From the NCBI GenBank assembly GCA_963818475.1, contig CAWFSF010000002.1, forward strand, positions 640,001 to 704,000: 64,000 bases of DNA, read 5' to 3'. Below are positions 9,446-20,594 of this stretch, piece by piece; position 1 is the first letter of the stretch, and each line of letters begins with the position of its first letter. This stretch comes from Nitrospirota bacterium. Its GTDB lineage: Bacteria > Nitrospirota > UBA9217. Under the pieces are notes generated by a model. That model saw only the letters and a list, made by a program, of their open reading frames with translations. It had not been told where the DNA came from and ran no database searches. Made by a program: the position numbers and the translations under genes.

Positions 9446-10742
9446 ATGAAAAAACAACCAATGATCGCTGACGAATCCGGCGGTGTGGTGATCCTGGTCG
9501 CCCTCATGCTTGTCGTCCTCCTGGGCATGACGGCGCTTGCCATCGACATCGGACACCTTATGGTAGTCCGGAACGAACTGCGCAACGCCGCTGACGCCGG
9601 TGCGTTGGCGGGTGCGAGCAGGCTCTATACCGCTACCACAGGCACCGGCTTTATCATCAATCCCGAAACGAATGACGTGGCCGCCGCAGCTGCCATGGCA
9701 AATTCGAGCGACGGCGCTCCTGTGGAGGCCCCGTCCGATTCGGCTATCCAGAAAGGGCACTGGTGCTTCACCTGTCCCGCTGACCCTGCCGACCCGACGG
9801 GCGAAAAGGGTTTTTTCACAGCGAACGACACGGCAAGCACCTATACAATGAACAGTTTTGACTGGCTGACGGTCGACGCCGATACGAGCTATGTAAACGC
9901 CGTACGTGTCGTTGCCAGCCGCGGTTCGGCAGCGGCATACTTTGCAGGCATCTTCGGCTTCAGCAGCTTTTCGCTGAACGCCGAATCAGTCGCCTGGCTG
10001 GGCTTCGCCGGGTCGAACTTCACCGCCGACGCGCCCATCGCCATCTGCATAGAAAAAATTGTCAACGCCGACGGCGGTCTCAATTGCAAAACAGGAGTGA
10101 TGTCAAACACGGAAAACGAAACCACTGCATGGACCAATCTCACCCAGGACCCCTGGGAGTCGTCGAGCTCGAGCAGCGTCAACAATCTTCTCGAAAACGA
10201 GGGTGCGGAGCTCTCAAACCATATTCTTAGCTTAGGACCCATGAGCACCACAAACGCTGTGGCGGCCGACGTATTAGCTAACTTCTACGCCCTCTGGCCT
10301 TCAAAGACCCAGACTCTGGAAACTGACGCTGCCGATGATCGAATGCAACGACTCGCCCCCCGGACCAAGCAACAAGGTCGTCGGTGCAGTTAATGTAGAA
10401 ATCTTCTGGATGACAGGAAACGGGGAGGATCCGCACTTTATTGACGTCCCAACAGAGTTTGTGGTCCCGGCCTCATTTGGAACGGAAACGAAATATGAAT
10501 GCCCCTTAACGTGCGACACCGAACCGTGCGCTTCCCAAGCCACCGAAGACGGCCGCAAGCTCTGTTGGCAGAAGTTCCTGAAAGACTTCAAAGTGGTCGG
10601 CAGCGACGATCTGGAAACCGCGGTGAAGGATTACAAGAAAAAGAGCATTTATTTTGCGCCTTCCTGCACGATCGCGAGCGAAGGCAGTTCGGGCGGCGCG
10701 CCGTCGAACGTGCCTGCAAAATATCCAAGGCTGGTGAAATAG
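9446..10742 (+). CDS. tadG: TadG-like pilus anchor/adhesin; frameshift near 10313
   Basis: DESGGVVILVAL..ALAIDIG..ELRNAADAGALAGA; the frame continues as WKLTLPMIEC..VVGAVNVEI..PRLVK. Confidence 0.8.
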
Positions 10743-10752
10743 CGAGGTCAAT

Positions 10753-12057
10753 ATGTTTATGTCGGAGATCTTAACCGTCAGGCTGGACATAAAAAATCCG
10801 GACGCAGCAGCCGCTTTGCATGAGGCCGTTTCCGCGGTCCCGGGTTTCTTCATCGGAGGCAACGGGAGCGCGCGTTACGACGTCCTGTTTCTGGAGATCG
10901 GCTATGACCTGGTTGAGGAATTCAAGCTCCTGGAACAGATCCGGGCGAAAGGCCTGGCCAGGCACATCTTCCTCACGTCGTTGCGCAAGGACCCGGACGT
11001 CCTCTTAAAGGCGTTGAAGACAGGAGTGCAGGAGTTTTTCCTCCAGCCGCTCGATAAGGATGAGGTCATCGCGTCCTTAACGAAACTCAAAAAGTGCGCA
11101 GAAGTGGAAGGCCCTCAAAAGGCGCCCGCGAAAAGGGGCATGATCATCACTGTTCTGGGAAGCAAGGGCGGCGTGGGATCGACCACCACGGCCGTGAACC
11201 TTGCCGTCTGCCTCAAGGCGGTGGAACGGAACAAGTCCGTGGTCCTGATGGATATGAACCCCGTCCTCGGCGGCGTCCATCTTTTTCTCGACACCAAAAC
11301 CTCCTTCAGCTGGACCGAGGGCGCCCGCGACATCGAGCGCATGGACTCCACCTATCTGCTGAATACCCTCTGCAGGCATGACACGGGAATTCATGTCCTT
11401 CCCGCTCCCTCGAAGCCGGTGGGGCTTGAGGAGGCGACCCCCGAGACCATGGAACGGCTCGTAGGTCTCATGCGGTCCACGTTCGACATTATCGTGATGG
11501 ACGGGTGCAGGTCCTTTGACGATCTGTCGCTCACGATGCTCGATCTTTCAGACATGATCCTGGTGGTCTCGGAGCTGAACCTTCCCTCGCTCGTCAACGC
11601 GAAGAAACTGCTGGAGACCTTCGATGGTCTGGGCCTTTCCTTTGGCAAGGAAATAAAGGTCGTCATCAACCGGTATCAGAAAAAAACGATGCTCTCTCCC
11701 GCGGAAGCGGAAAAGACCCTAGGCAGGAAGATCGTCGCCATGATCCCGAATGACTATGAGACGACCATGTCGGCCATTAATACGGGAAAAACCATTTCGG
11801 ACATGAAATCGGACATCATGGAGCATTTCAAAGAACTGGCCGTCCTGCTTCTCCATAAAGAAGCCGCCAGGAAGGAAAGGACGTTCGCGTCGCTGGAGTT
11901 CATCAGGAAAAAATGGAAGACTCTTACGCGGTCCGACGGCAAACCGCTGCAATCAGACGGCATACCGCTCAGAAAACCGGCTGCCGCGCCCCGTCGAACG
12001 GAAACGGTCACTCAGGAAAGAATCCTTGTTCCCTCGAAATTCAGCGGAAAAAAGTAA
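10753..12057 (+). CDS. cpaE: CpaE/TadZ: receiver-like domain plus MinD/ParA-like ATPase
   Basis: GSKGGVGSTTTAVNLA deviant Walker A, VVINRY, IPNDY. Confidence 0.88.
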   Translation: MFMSEILTVRLDIKNPDAAAALHEAVSAVPGFFIGGNGSARYDVLFLEIGYDLVEEFKLLEQIRAKGLARHIFLTSLRKDPDVLLKALKTGVQEFFLQPLDKDEVIASLTKLKKCAEVEGPQKAPAKRGMIITVLGSKGGVGSTTTAVNLAVCLKAVERNKSVVLMDMNPVLGGVHLFLDTKTSFSWTEGARDIERMDSTYLLNTLCRHDTGIHVLPAPSKPVGLEEATPETMERLVGLMRSTFDIIVMDGCRSFDDLSLTMLDLSDMILVVSELNLPSLVNAKKLLETFDGLGLSFGKEIKVVINRYQKKTMLSPAEAEKTLGRKIVAMIPNDYETTMSAINTGKTISDMKSDIMEHFKELAVLLLHKEAARKERTFASLEFIRKKWKTLTRSDGKPLQSDGIPLRKPAAAPRRTETVTQERILVPSKFSGKK

Positions 12058-12089
12058 GACTTATTTAAAACGTCTTTGGGAGGTAGGAG

Positions 12090-13463
12090 ATGCGGGAAAT
12101 CAAAGGAGCGGGAGCTGTGCTGGATGTCCAGGGATTTCAAAAAGTCCCTCACCCTGCGGTCAGTCAGGGCTTTGTGTCGACCAACGAATACCAGGAACTG
12201 AAGACCGCTGTCCAGAACAGGCTCCTGGATGTTATCGACCTGAGGCTTCTGGAGACCGTCGAAAAGAGCCAGCTCAGGCAGGAGATCAGAAGGCTCGCCG
12301 AGCGCTTGCTCTCCGAAGTAAAGATGAACGTGCCGCTCAACTTCGAGGAGCGTGAAAAGCTTCTGAAGGACATCGAGGACGAGGTGATGGGCCTGGGGCC
12401 CCTGGAGCCCTTCATGCACGATCCGACGGTGTCGGACATTCTCGTCAACACCTACCGCCAGCTCTACGTCGAGCGGCGCGGAAAACTGGAGAAGACCGAG
12501 GCCCGCTTCAAGGACGACGCGCACCTGCGCAGGATCATCGATAAGATCGTTTCGGCCGTGGGACGGAGGATCGATGAATCGAGCCCCATGGTGGACGCCC
12601 GCCTTGCCGACGGTTCGCGGGTGAACGCGATCATCCCTCCTCTGGCGATCGCCGGGCCGATGCTCTCGATACGGCGCTTCGCCGTGGACCCGCTCGAACT
12701 CGAAGACCTGATCGGCCTGAAAACGCTGACGCCCGAACTGGGAGACCTTCTCAAGGGCATTGTCCGGGCGAAGCTCAACGTGATAATATCCGGCGGCACC
12801 GGCACCGGTAAGACGACGTTCCTGAACGTCCTGTCCCGCTTCATACCCGCCGACGAGCGGGTCGTCACCATTGAAGACTCGGCCGAACTGCAGATGAAGC
12901 AGGAACACGTCGTGAGCCTGGAAACGCGGCCCGCGAATATAGAGGGCAAGGGCGAGATCACCGCGCGGGACCTGGTACGAAACAGCCTCCGCATGCGGCC
13001 GGACAGGATCATCGTGGGCGAGGTCCGCAACAGCGAGGCCGTGGATATGCTGCAGGCCATGAACACGGGCCACGACGGCTCCCTGACCACCATCCACGCC
13101 AATTCGCCCCGCAACGCCCTCATGCGCCTCGAAACGATCGTGGCCATGGCCGGGCTGAATATCCCGAACGAGGCGATACGGAAGTACATAAGCTCCGCCA
13201 TCAACGTGTTCATCCATCTTACCCGTCTCGTCGACGGGACGAGAAAGGTCGCGAGCGTCCACGAGGTCGTGGGCATGGAAGGCGACGTGGTGACGATGCA
13301 GGAGATCTTCGCCTTCGAGCAGACTGGCGTGGACGATAAGGGCGCTGTCAGGGGCAGGTTCGTTGCCCGGGGGGTCATGCCCAAGTTCATCGAGCGCTTC
13401 AAGGTCATGAACATCCCCGTGCCCTATGAGCTTTTCGATGAAAACAACGTCATGAAGATCTGA
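12090..13463 (+). CDS. cpaF: CpaF/TadA pilus assembly ATPase
   Basis: [46 protein letters not shown]. Confidence 0.95.
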   Translation: MREIKGAGAVLDVQGFQKVPHPAVSQGFVSTNEYQELKTAVQNRLLDVIDLRLLETVEKSQLRQEIRRLAERLLSEVKMNVPLNFEEREKLLKDIEDEVMGLGPLEPFMHDPTVSDILVNTYRQLYVERRGKLEKTEARFKDDAHLRRIIDKIVSAVGRRIDESSPMVDARLADGSRVNAIIPPLAIAGPMLSIRRFAVDPLELEDLIGLKTLTPELGDLLKGIVRAKLNVIISGGTGTGKTTFLNVLSRFIPADERVVTIEDSAELQMKQEHVVSLETRPANIEGKGEITARDLVRNSLRMRPDRIIVGEVRNSEAVDMLQAMNTGHDGSLTTIHANSPRNALMRLETIVAMAGLNIPNEAIRKYISSAINVFIHLTRLVDGTRKVASVHEVVGMEGDVVTMQEIFAFEQTGVDDKGAVRGRFVARGVMPKFIERFKVMNIPVPYELFDENNVMKI

Positions 13464-13573
13464 GCAGGACCGCCCTGCTCAGAGGGCGATCCGCCGTTAT
13501 TGTGTCCAGCTGCGTTTATCAGGTACCAGTCAGCCGATGATCGAGATCATCGCAGCAGAGCGAGGTAAGAACA

Positions 13574-14539
13574 ATGGAGATCGTGATCGGGATCGGGGTT
13601 TTTATTTTCACCTTTCTTTTGATTTATCAGGGCTATTTCATCGTTAAAAGGATCTACCAGCCCGAGCTGAAAAAAGTTCAGGGACGGCTGAACAGTTTCT
13701 CGCTCTCCGGAAACCGCTCCGAAGCGGTGAATATCCTGAAAAAAAAGACGCTGAGCGAGATCCCCTGGCTGAACGAGATGCTCCTGAATATTTCCGTTGT
13801 CGATCGGCTCGAACGGCTGCTCGTCCAGGCCGGTTCGCACCGGCCATCCGGATTTTTTCTGATTCTTGCGGCTTTGCTGTTTATTTCCGGGCTTCTGCTG
13901 TCAGCGGTTCTCAGGATAAACGTTTTTATCATGGTGCTTCCCGCGGCCTTTCTGGCAGCGACCCCCTTTCTCTATCTTTTTAATGAGAGAAAAAAAAGGA
14001 TCGAGAAATTCGAGAGGCAACTGCCCGAAGCCCTCGAACTGCTCTCGCGGGCCCTTAAGGCCGGACATGCCTTTACCAGCGGCTTGAGAATGGTGGCCGA
14101 TGAGTTCGGCGATCCGATCGGCACGGAATTCGGAAAAACACTCGATGAGATCAATTTCGGAGTCGGCGTGCCGGAAGCCTTGACGAATCTGACCCGACGC
14201 TCGGACTGCGAAGACCTTAAGTTTTTCGCCGTCTCCGTGATCATCCAGAGAGAGACCGGAGGCAACCTGGCGGAGATACTTGAGAACCTGGGCCGCCTGA
14301 TGCGCGAGCGCTTTAAGTTCCATGGGCGGGTGAAGGTCCTTTCCGCTGAAGGCAGGGTATCGGCAAGAGTGCTTGTGGCAATACCGTTTTGCGTAGCCGG
14401 GCTCTTTTCCCTGCTCAGGCCGGAATATATAAAAATACTGTTCTCTGATTCCATTGGAAGGGTTCTGGTCGCACTGGCCGCGATCCTGATGTGCTTCGGC
14501 ATTTATGTGATGAAAAAGATGGTCGCTATAAGAGTGTAA
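13574..14539 (+). CDS. tadB: TadB inner-membrane platform protein (T2SSF family)
   Basis: QLPEALELLSRALKAGH, IQRETGGNLAEIL, KVLSAEGR. Confidence 0.92.
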   Translation: MEIVIGIGVFIFTFLLIYQGYFIVKRIYQPELKKVQGRLNSFSLSGNRSEAVNILKKKTLSEIPWLNEMLLNISVVDRLERLLVQAGSHRPSGFFLILAALLFISGLLLSAVLRINVFIMVLPAAFLAATPFLYLFNERKKRIEKFERQLPEALELLSRALKAGHAFTSGLRMVADEFGDPIGTEFGKTLDEINFGVGVPEALTNLTRRSDCEDLKFFAVSVIIQRETGGNLAEILENLGRLMRERFKFHGRVKVLSAEGRVSARVLVAIPFCVAGLFSLLRPEYIKILFSDSIGRVLVALAAILMCFGIYVMKKMVAIRV

Positions 14540-14620
14540 CGCAATTCGTCCTTTTTGTGACCAAGGCGGTGACGAGGCGGGGTTTTTCTCCGGGACAAGG
14601 AGAGAGAACAGGGCGAAATA

Positions 14621-15559
14621 ATGAACATCGGTCTTTTGATAGCGAGCATGGTCTTTGTACTGACCGCGCTTCTGGGCTTTCTGGTGTTCTATTATGCGAA
14701 TTTTTTTAGCCGCAGGCAAAGCATCCGGGAGAGGATCAGGAAAGAGGCTGCGACCGGCGGGAGCGAAGTTTTCTCGAGGGAACGGAAGAAACGGAGTTTG
14801 CTCCTGCGCGCGGCAGGCTGGTTCGGAGAAACCGTCAGGCCGAAACTGGTAAAGGAAGAGTATCTTTCGAAAACACGTGAAAGGCTCTTGAGGGCTGGAT
14901 ATTACAGTGAAAAAGATCCCGTCGTCTTTTTCGGTGCAAAGGTTTTCCTGGCCCTGTTTTTTTCTCTCTTGTGCATGATAGTGTTCTCGGTCCTGCAGGG
15001 CTTGCCGATCCGATTTTTTCTAACGCTCCTCCTTGTTTTTCTGGCAGCGGGCTTTTATCTTCCCGATGCTTATCTTTACCAGCGAACGCGGCACCGGAAA
15101 AGAAAGATCTTCGAAGGGTTCCCCGATGCACTGGACCTCATAGTCATCTGCGTTGAGGCCGGCATGGGGATCGACGCGGCCGTCAGGAGGGTGGGCGAGG
15201 AGGTGGCGTTGAAATGCAAGGTCCTGAGCGATGAGCTCACGATACTGAGCCTGGAGCTCCAGGTGGGCAAACCGCGGGCGGAAGCCCTGCGAAACCTCGC
15301 CATGAGGACGGGCCTTGACGAGGTGGCAAGCCTCGCGTCCCTGCTCCTCCAGACTGACAAATTCGGCACCCGTGTGGCACAGGCCTTGCGGGTGCATTCT
15401 GAGTCGATGAGGACAGAGCGATATCTGCGGGCCGAGGAGCTGGCCGGCAAGCTGCCGGTAAAATTGGTTTTTCCGCTGATTTTTTTCACCTTCCCCGCTC
15501 TTTTTGTGGTCATCGTGGGTCCGGCAATAATCAGGGTCTTCAGGGACCTTCTCTCGTAA
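14621..15559 (+). CDS. tadC: TadC platform protein, copy 1
   Basis: FPDALDLIVICVEAGMG, QTDKFGT, AEELAGKLPVKLVFPL. Confidence 0.9.
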   Translation: MNIGLLIASMVFVLTALLGFLVFYYANFFSRRQSIRERIRKEAATGGSEVFSRERKKRSLLLRAAGWFGETVRPKLVKEEYLSKTRERLLRAGYYSEKDPVVFFGAKVFLALFFSLLCMIVFSVLQGLPIRFFLTLLLVFLAAGFYLPDAYLYQRTRHRKRKIFEGFPDALDLIVICVEAGMGIDAAVRRVGEEVALKCKVLSDELTILSLELQVGKPRAEALRNLAMRTGLDEVASLASLLLQTDKFGTRVAQALRVHSESMRTERYLRAEELAGKLPVKLVFPLIFFTFPALFVVIVGPAIIRVFRDLLS

Positions 15560-15637
15560 GTATCCGAATGGGCAGCAAGGGCATGCTGGTCTGAACGCCA
15601 GTTGAAGACGTTGTTGACGATAAAGGGGAGCGAAAAA

Positions 15638-16570
15638 ATGGACAACGATTATTTGATAGCAGGTTTGATGTTTATCCTGATCATGCTTCTGGGGTTGCTT
15701 GCGCTTTATTATGCGAATCGCTACAAAAGCAAAAAAGACATCCGTGAAAGGATCCTTGAGACAACGCCCGGAAATACCGAAGGCCCTTCGAAGGACGGGA
15801 AACGGGGGATTTTCCTGAAAACCGTAAGCAGGTTTGGTGAAGCAATAAGTCCCTCCAGCAACGCCTCTGTCTCACAGACCCGGAAAAAGCTTCTGACGGC
15901 GGGATACTACGGGAACAACGATCCCCTGCTCTTTTTCGGTGCAAAGGCATTCCTGGCGCTTTTCTTTACCGCGTGCAGTGTGATTCTCAAACTAGCGGTC
16001 GTGAAGGCGCTCCCGGCACCTTATTTCCTGGTCCTCATCCTTGTTTCCCTTGCAGCGGGCTTTTATCTGCCCGATGTGTACCTCTATCAGAGAACGGAAG
16101 TCCGGAAGAGAAAGATCTTCGAAGGGTTCCCCGATGCACTCGATCTCATGGTCGTGTGCGTCGAGGCCGGCATGGGTCTTGATGCTGCCATTAAGCGGGT
16201 GGGCGATGAGATGGCGCTTAAGAACAGGGTCCTGAGCGATGAGTTCAAGATCTTGAGCCTCGAGCTGCGCGTGGGCAAGCCGCGGGCTGAGGCTTTGCGG
16301 AACCTCGCTATGCGGACGGATCTCGAAGAGGTGTCGGGCCTCGTAGCCCTGCTCCTCCAGACCGACAAATTCGGCACCAGGGTGGCGCAGGCCCTGAGGG
16401 TGCATTCCGATGCGATGAGAACGAAGCGATACCAGCGGGCCGAGGAGCTGGCCTCCAAGCTGCCCGTAAAGATCGTCATCCCCCTGGTATGCTTTATCTT
16501 CCCCTCGCTCCTGGTGACCATTGTCGGACCGGCAATAATAAGGATCTACAGGGTGCTTATTCATGCGTGA
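15638..16570 (+). CDS. tadC: TadC platform protein, copy 2
   Basis: FPDALDLMVVCVEAGMG, QTDKFGT, AEELASKLPVKIVIPL; SD GGGGAG before ATG 15638. Confidence 0.9.
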   Translation: MDNDYLIAGLMFILIMLLGLLALYYANRYKSKKDIRERILETTPGNTEGPSKDGKRGIFLKTVSRFGEAISPSSNASVSQTRKKLLTAGYYGNNDPLLFFGAKAFLALFFTACSVILKLAVVKALPAPYFLVLILVSLAAGFYLPDVYLYQRTEVRKRKIFEGFPDALDLMVVCVEAGMGLDAAIKRVGDEMALKNRVLSDEFKILSLELRVGKPRAEALRNLAMRTDLEEVSGLVALLLQTDKFGTRVAQALRVHSDAMRTKRYQRAEELASKLPVKIVIPLVCFIFPSLLVTIVGPAIIRIYRVLIHA

Positions 16571-17510
16571 AAGGATGTGGCACATGATTAAAAAAATGAT
16601 GCGAAAGATTATTCTTTTCTGTTTGGCGGCAATGGTTTTACTCTCCGGATGCGCAGCCAAAAGCGCGGGCGATCTCTCAAAGAAATACGGAAATCCCGGT
16701 GAGCGGAGAATGCTGACTGCCGACGGCAAAAAGACCGACGAGGTCGTGATCACGGCGGGAGAATATGAGAACCTCGGGGACAGCAGCCTCAAGCGAGGCG
16801 ACATTTCCACGGCCTTTATAAACTACACCCGGGCGCTTCAAATGGAGCCCGGGAGGCTGTCGGCCTCGTATAAGACGGGAAGGTTGTTTTTGCTTAAGGG
16901 CATGACGGGTGAAGCGCGGATCGAATTCGAAAAAATGATAAAGAAGGACCCGAAAGACGCCCGGGCCCATGAGGCCCTGGGAAGGGCATATCTTCTCGAT
17001 GGCGACAACGAGCAAGCCATCAAGCATTTTACTACGGTCCTCGGCATAAACGAGCGACTTTGGGAAACCCATAACCTGCTCGGCATTGCCTATGACCGGC
17101 AGAAGAAGTTCAACCTGGCCGTTGACCATTACAAAAGGGCGATCTCGATAAAGCCCGAAGCAGGCGTCGTATATGGCAACCTGGGGGTTTCCTACTACCT
17201 GAATGAAAAGTATGGTAAGGCCAGAGACGCCTTCGTCACCGCGATCGAGAAGGGAGAGGATGGAAGCAGGGTTTACAACAACCTTGCGGTCACCCTGGCG
17301 AAACTGGGCAAATATCGCGCGGCCTATAAAGCCTTAAAAAAGGCAGGCAGCGACGCGACGGCACAGAACAACATCGGCTATCTTTACCTGCTTGACGGGA
17401 AAAACAAGGAGGCCGTGCTGGCCTTTGAAAAAGCCATCGAATTGAATCCGGCCTTTTACGCTAAGGCCCATGAGAACTTGAAGGCGGCCAAAGCTGCCCT
17501 GCAAGAATGA
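16563..17510 (+). CDS. tadD: TadD-like TPR lipoprotein (true start probably a downstream ATG)
   Basis: Lipobox LSGC, several TPR repeats, AQNNIGYLYL, last gene of the tad cluster. Confidence 0.8.
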   Translation: MRERMWHMIKKMMRKIILFCLAAMVLLSGCAAKSAGDLSKKYGNPGERRMLTADGKKTDEVVITAGEYENLGDSSLKRGDISTAFINYTRALQMEPGRLSASYKTGRLFLLKGMTGEARIEFEKMIKKDPKDARAHEALGRAYLLDGDNEQAIKHFTTVLGINERLWETHNLLGIAYDRQKKFNLAVDHYKRAISIKPEAGVVYGNLGVSYYLNEKYGKARDAFVTAIEKGEDGSRVYNNLAVTLAKLGKYRAAYKALKKAGSDATAQNNIGYLYLLDGKNKEAVLAFEKAIELNPAFYAKAHENLKAAKAALQE

Positions 17511-17692
17511 ACGTCGGGTAGCGGGCGTTCATTCGCCGTTTTCTGGCTGATCAGCCTGAAAACCTGTTGCAAAAGAGGTATGGTTGTCCTATGCGCTTGT
17601 GGCCGGGGAGGAGTAGGGATCTCGCTTCATTGCCTCATCGCCTGTGGAGGGTGGTTTTTCACCTCATCTTCGCAGGCCGAAAGGAGAGGACC

Positions 17693-18025
17693 TTGAAGAT
17701 CGTGACGCAAATGGCATTGTCGCTGGTTTTACTGGGGGCGGGTTTTGCCGCGGGATTTCCTGTTGGCAAAGACGCCGGATTCAACATCGGAAGCGAGTGG
17801 GCACTCATGCAGGCGAACCTTCTTGCGCGGGAGGCCGGCGTGTTCATGCCTGTTTCTCTGGAACAGGGACAGTTTCGGGTCGTCATCAAGCAGCCGAGAG
17901 GACTTTACAAGCGGGCATGGCAGCTTGCTGACGCAAAAGAGGAAAAAGTGCCCTGGCTGAACAGCGGGGAACTGGCCTTGTTAAAGACCGTACAGCATGG
18001 CGGCAAAGTGTCCATGGCACCCTAG
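17693..18025 (+). CDS. Hypothetical membrane-anchored/secreted protein, paralog 1
   Basis: SD AAGGAG plus TTG; N-terminal hydrophobic segment; near-identical to the gene at 20595. Confidence 0.7.
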   Translation: MKIVTQMALSLVLLGAGFAAGFPVGKDAGFNIGSEWALMQANLLAREAGVFMPVSLEQGQFRVVIKQPRGLYKRAWQLADAKEEKVPWLNSGELALLKTVQHGGKVSMAP

Positions 18026-18336
18026 TTTTCCCGGCCAAGGGAACAGAGTGGTGACGCATGCAGCACCTCGCCCCTGCGCTGACCACGGCGTGCGATTTCC
18101 TGCCTGCAACTCCATTATTGCTGCACAAACCCTTCGTGCGTAAGTTCATTCCGTCCGCACTACGTCGGCAAACTTCATAGACAGCGAGAAGCGTCAGGGG
18201 AAACTGCTCGTGCTCTAGAACGCTGTTTCCTTCGGGGAGCAGCCTGCCCTGTTTATACGCGCATATTATTGACAGCATCGGGCGGATTTGGTAGTATGCC
18301 GCACAGATTTAGCAACTCATGAACAAGGAGAATACA

Positions 18337-18738
18337 ATGGGCAGGATCATCGCAATCGTATCACTCATGGCAGCACTGCTGACAACGGGCCTGGCTCTGG
18401 CCGGCGATCAGGCGGCGCCGCTCAGCACACAGGAGCTCAAGCAGGTCATCGGCTCGAACAAAAAAAGCACGCTCGTTTTCTTCCAGAATCCCATGGGCGG
18501 GCCCTGCAGGGCGCAAAAGGAGGTCCTGCAGAAGCTCCAGCAGGACAGAAAAAACAATTTCAACATTGCCAACGTGAGCACCATGAAGCCCGAGGACCAG
18601 AAGGCTTTTTATGATTACGGCATCAGGAACCTGCCGATGCTGGTGCTGGTGGACAAGAACGGCAAGATCAGCCGCGTCTTCTCCCCAGGGATCCAGAGCT
18701 ATGAGACTCTGACCGCGGCGCTGGACGGACTCCGCTAG
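18337..18738 (+). CDS. Periplasmic thioredoxin-fold protein with a single-Cys active site (GGPC)
   Basis: Signal peptide; LVFFQNPMGGPCRAQ; cis-Pro loop YGIRNLPMLVLVDKNG. Confidence 0.75.
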   Translation: MGRIIAIVSLMAALLTTGLALAGDQAAPLSTQELKQVIGSNKKSTLVFFQNPMGGPCRAQKEVLQKLQQDRKNNFNIANVSTMKPEDQKAFYDYGIRNLPMLVLVDKNGKISRVFSPGIQSYETLTAALDGLR

Positions 18739-19379
18739 TGGAATTCGGCCTGGCGAACCTTCTGCTTGCAGGGAGTGCGGGGCTGGCGAGCGTGCTCTCG
18801 CCCTGCGTGCTTCCCGTCATCCCGGTCATCATGGCAGGGGCGGACCAGAAGGACCGTCTCCGCCCCCTGCTGGTGGTCCTGGGGCTTTCCCTGACGTTCA
18901 TGGCCATGGGAGCAGTCTCGTCCCTCTTCGGCTCGCTGCTGATCGGCCGCACGCGCTATATCGAAGTGGCAGGCGCGCTGGTCATCATGCTCATGGGCTT
19001 TATGGTGCTGTTCGACGTCAGCATCTTCAAGCGGCTCTATCGACTTTCCAATATACCGGTGAAGGCCGAGGGCAGGTTCGGCGGCCTGGTCCTCGGCCTG
19101 GCCCTCGGGCTGGTCTGGGTCCCCTGCATCGGGCCGTTCCTGTCAAGCATCCTCACCATGGTCGGCACCAGCGGCCAGCTCGTGCCCGGCATCATTCTGC
19201 TCGCGTTCTATTCCCTCGGCCTCGGCATCCCCATGCTGGCGGTGGCCTACTCCTCCCATTTGTTGCAGAGCAGGCTCAGGGGGCTGTCGCAACATGAGGC
19301 GATCCTCAGGTATGTTGCAGGAAGCATTCTCATCGCTTACGGCCTCTATTCGATCCTTGCAGGGAACCTCGCTTTTTAG
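18738..19379 (+). CDS. ccdA: CcdA/DsbD-type transmembrane disulfide reductase
   Basis: SPCVLP and VPCIGP motifs, six TM segments, YSLGLGIP. Confidence 0.88.
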   Translation: MEFGLANLLLAGSAGLASVLSPCVLPVIPVIMAGADQKDRLRPLLVVLGLSLTFMAMGAVSSLFGSLLIGRTRYIEVAGALVIMLMGFMVLFDVSIFKRLYRLSNIPVKAEGRFGGLVLGLALGLVWVPCIGPFLSSILTMVGTSGQLVPGIILLAFYSLGLGIPMLAVAYSSHLLQSRLRGLSQHEAILRYVAGSILIAYGLYSILAGNLAF

Positions 19380-19484
19380 CCACGCCACCCTGATCAGGGT
19401 GGCGCGCTGCTTGACTGACCGGGTCTGCCAGCGAAGTGGTCGCCTGCACTGCGCCAATCACCACAATCCCTGAGCGGATGTGAA

Positions 19485-20105
19485 ATGATGAGAACTGCAA
19501 ATAAAATCCTAATCGTTGTTGTGCTTGCCTTCGTAGCGGCAACAGCCGCGCGGAATAACATATGGAGAACCGATGCCGGCCTGTGGGAAGATGTAGTGCG
19601 TAAGACACCGACAAATGTGCGAGCACATTTCAATCTTGGGAGGATTTACCAGGACATCGATGCACTTGACAAAGCTGTTGAGGAATACCTCATTGTTATA
19701 AGAATGAAACCGGATCATGCGAACGCGCATAATAACCTCGGCAATATCTATTTAGATCAAAACCACTATCAGGAAGCGCAACGGGAGTTTGAGGTCGCCA
19801 CTAAACTGGACACTAAATTTCCCTTCGCCCAGTATACCCTCGGAAACCTTTATGCGGCGCAGGGCCGTTATGACGAAGCGCTCAGGCGATACTGGACCGT
19901 ACTGGAACTCATGCCGCGGTCCGCATACACGCATAACAGTCTCGGTATGTTATATGCCGAACAAAACCGCTATTCCGATGCGATCAAGGAATTCGAGATC
20001 GCGCTTATGCTTCAACCAAATTTTGATGGGCGTTGCAAAACCTTCGCAGTACCCGGGAGAAAACACCTTAGGCTACATCGTATCAATGCCTGCTTCCATG
20101 CGTGA
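19485..20105 (+). CDS. TPR protein resembling the C-terminal part of TMTC-like proteins; possible frameshift near 20028
   Basis: TAARNNIWRTDAGLWEDVVRKTP..RAHFNLG motif followed by four TPRs. Confidence 0.75.
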   Translation: MMRTANKILIVVVLAFVAATAARNNIWRTDAGLWEDVVRKTPTNVRAHFNLGRIYQDIDALDKAVEEYLIVIRMKPDHANAHNNLGNIYLDQNHYQEAQREFEVATKLDTKFPFAQYTLGNLYAAQGRYDEALRRYWTVLELMPRSAYTHNSLGMLYAEQNRYSDAIKEFEIALMLQPNFDGRCKTFAVPGRKHLRLHRINACFHA

Positions 20106-20144
20106 CCGGCAAGCGCTCTCGGAAAATGCATAATCCTAAAAACG

Positions 20145-20283
20145 GCATTTGGACACGGAAGAATCGGAAACATCTGATTAACTCGGATAAATTCTAAAGC
20201 ATTCACCTATTGGGTGAACCTCTTATAAAAGAAATAATCCGCCGTTATCCGGCTCTTATCCGTGTTAATCCGTGTCCAAATGC
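20145..20283. repeat. Intergenic inverted tandem-repeat element, family A copy 1
   Basis: GCATTTGGACACGGA...TCCGTGTCCAAATGC terminal inverted repeat with internal CGGATAA/TTATCCG units. Confidence 0.8.
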
Positions 20284-20594
20284 TTTTTTAAGGATAATCA
20301 GCATAAAAAAATTCAGAGATGCCGGCTGGGCGGTGAGAGATCACCGCCCTTTTTGCGTGCGCAGCAAGAGCGCGTGTTCTTCTCTGTGGCGACCTGTCAG
20401 AACGGTCCATGATTTTAATTCACATTACTGCGAAAAGATGCAGTCATATGCGCTATATTTTTTGTAGATCGTTTTTGTTTGTTATTTTATCAGCCCAAAA
20501 GGGCTGCTATCCGGGGAAGCGCGGAGGGACATTCTTATTTCCGCTCATCCGGGTGTTGTTTTCGCCACATTTCTCTTACAGAAAGGAGAGGACC

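Noticed and set aside
18337-18738. Selenocysteine at the thioredoxin active site
   Set aside because: Codons read ATG GGC GGG CCC TGC with no in-frame TGA.
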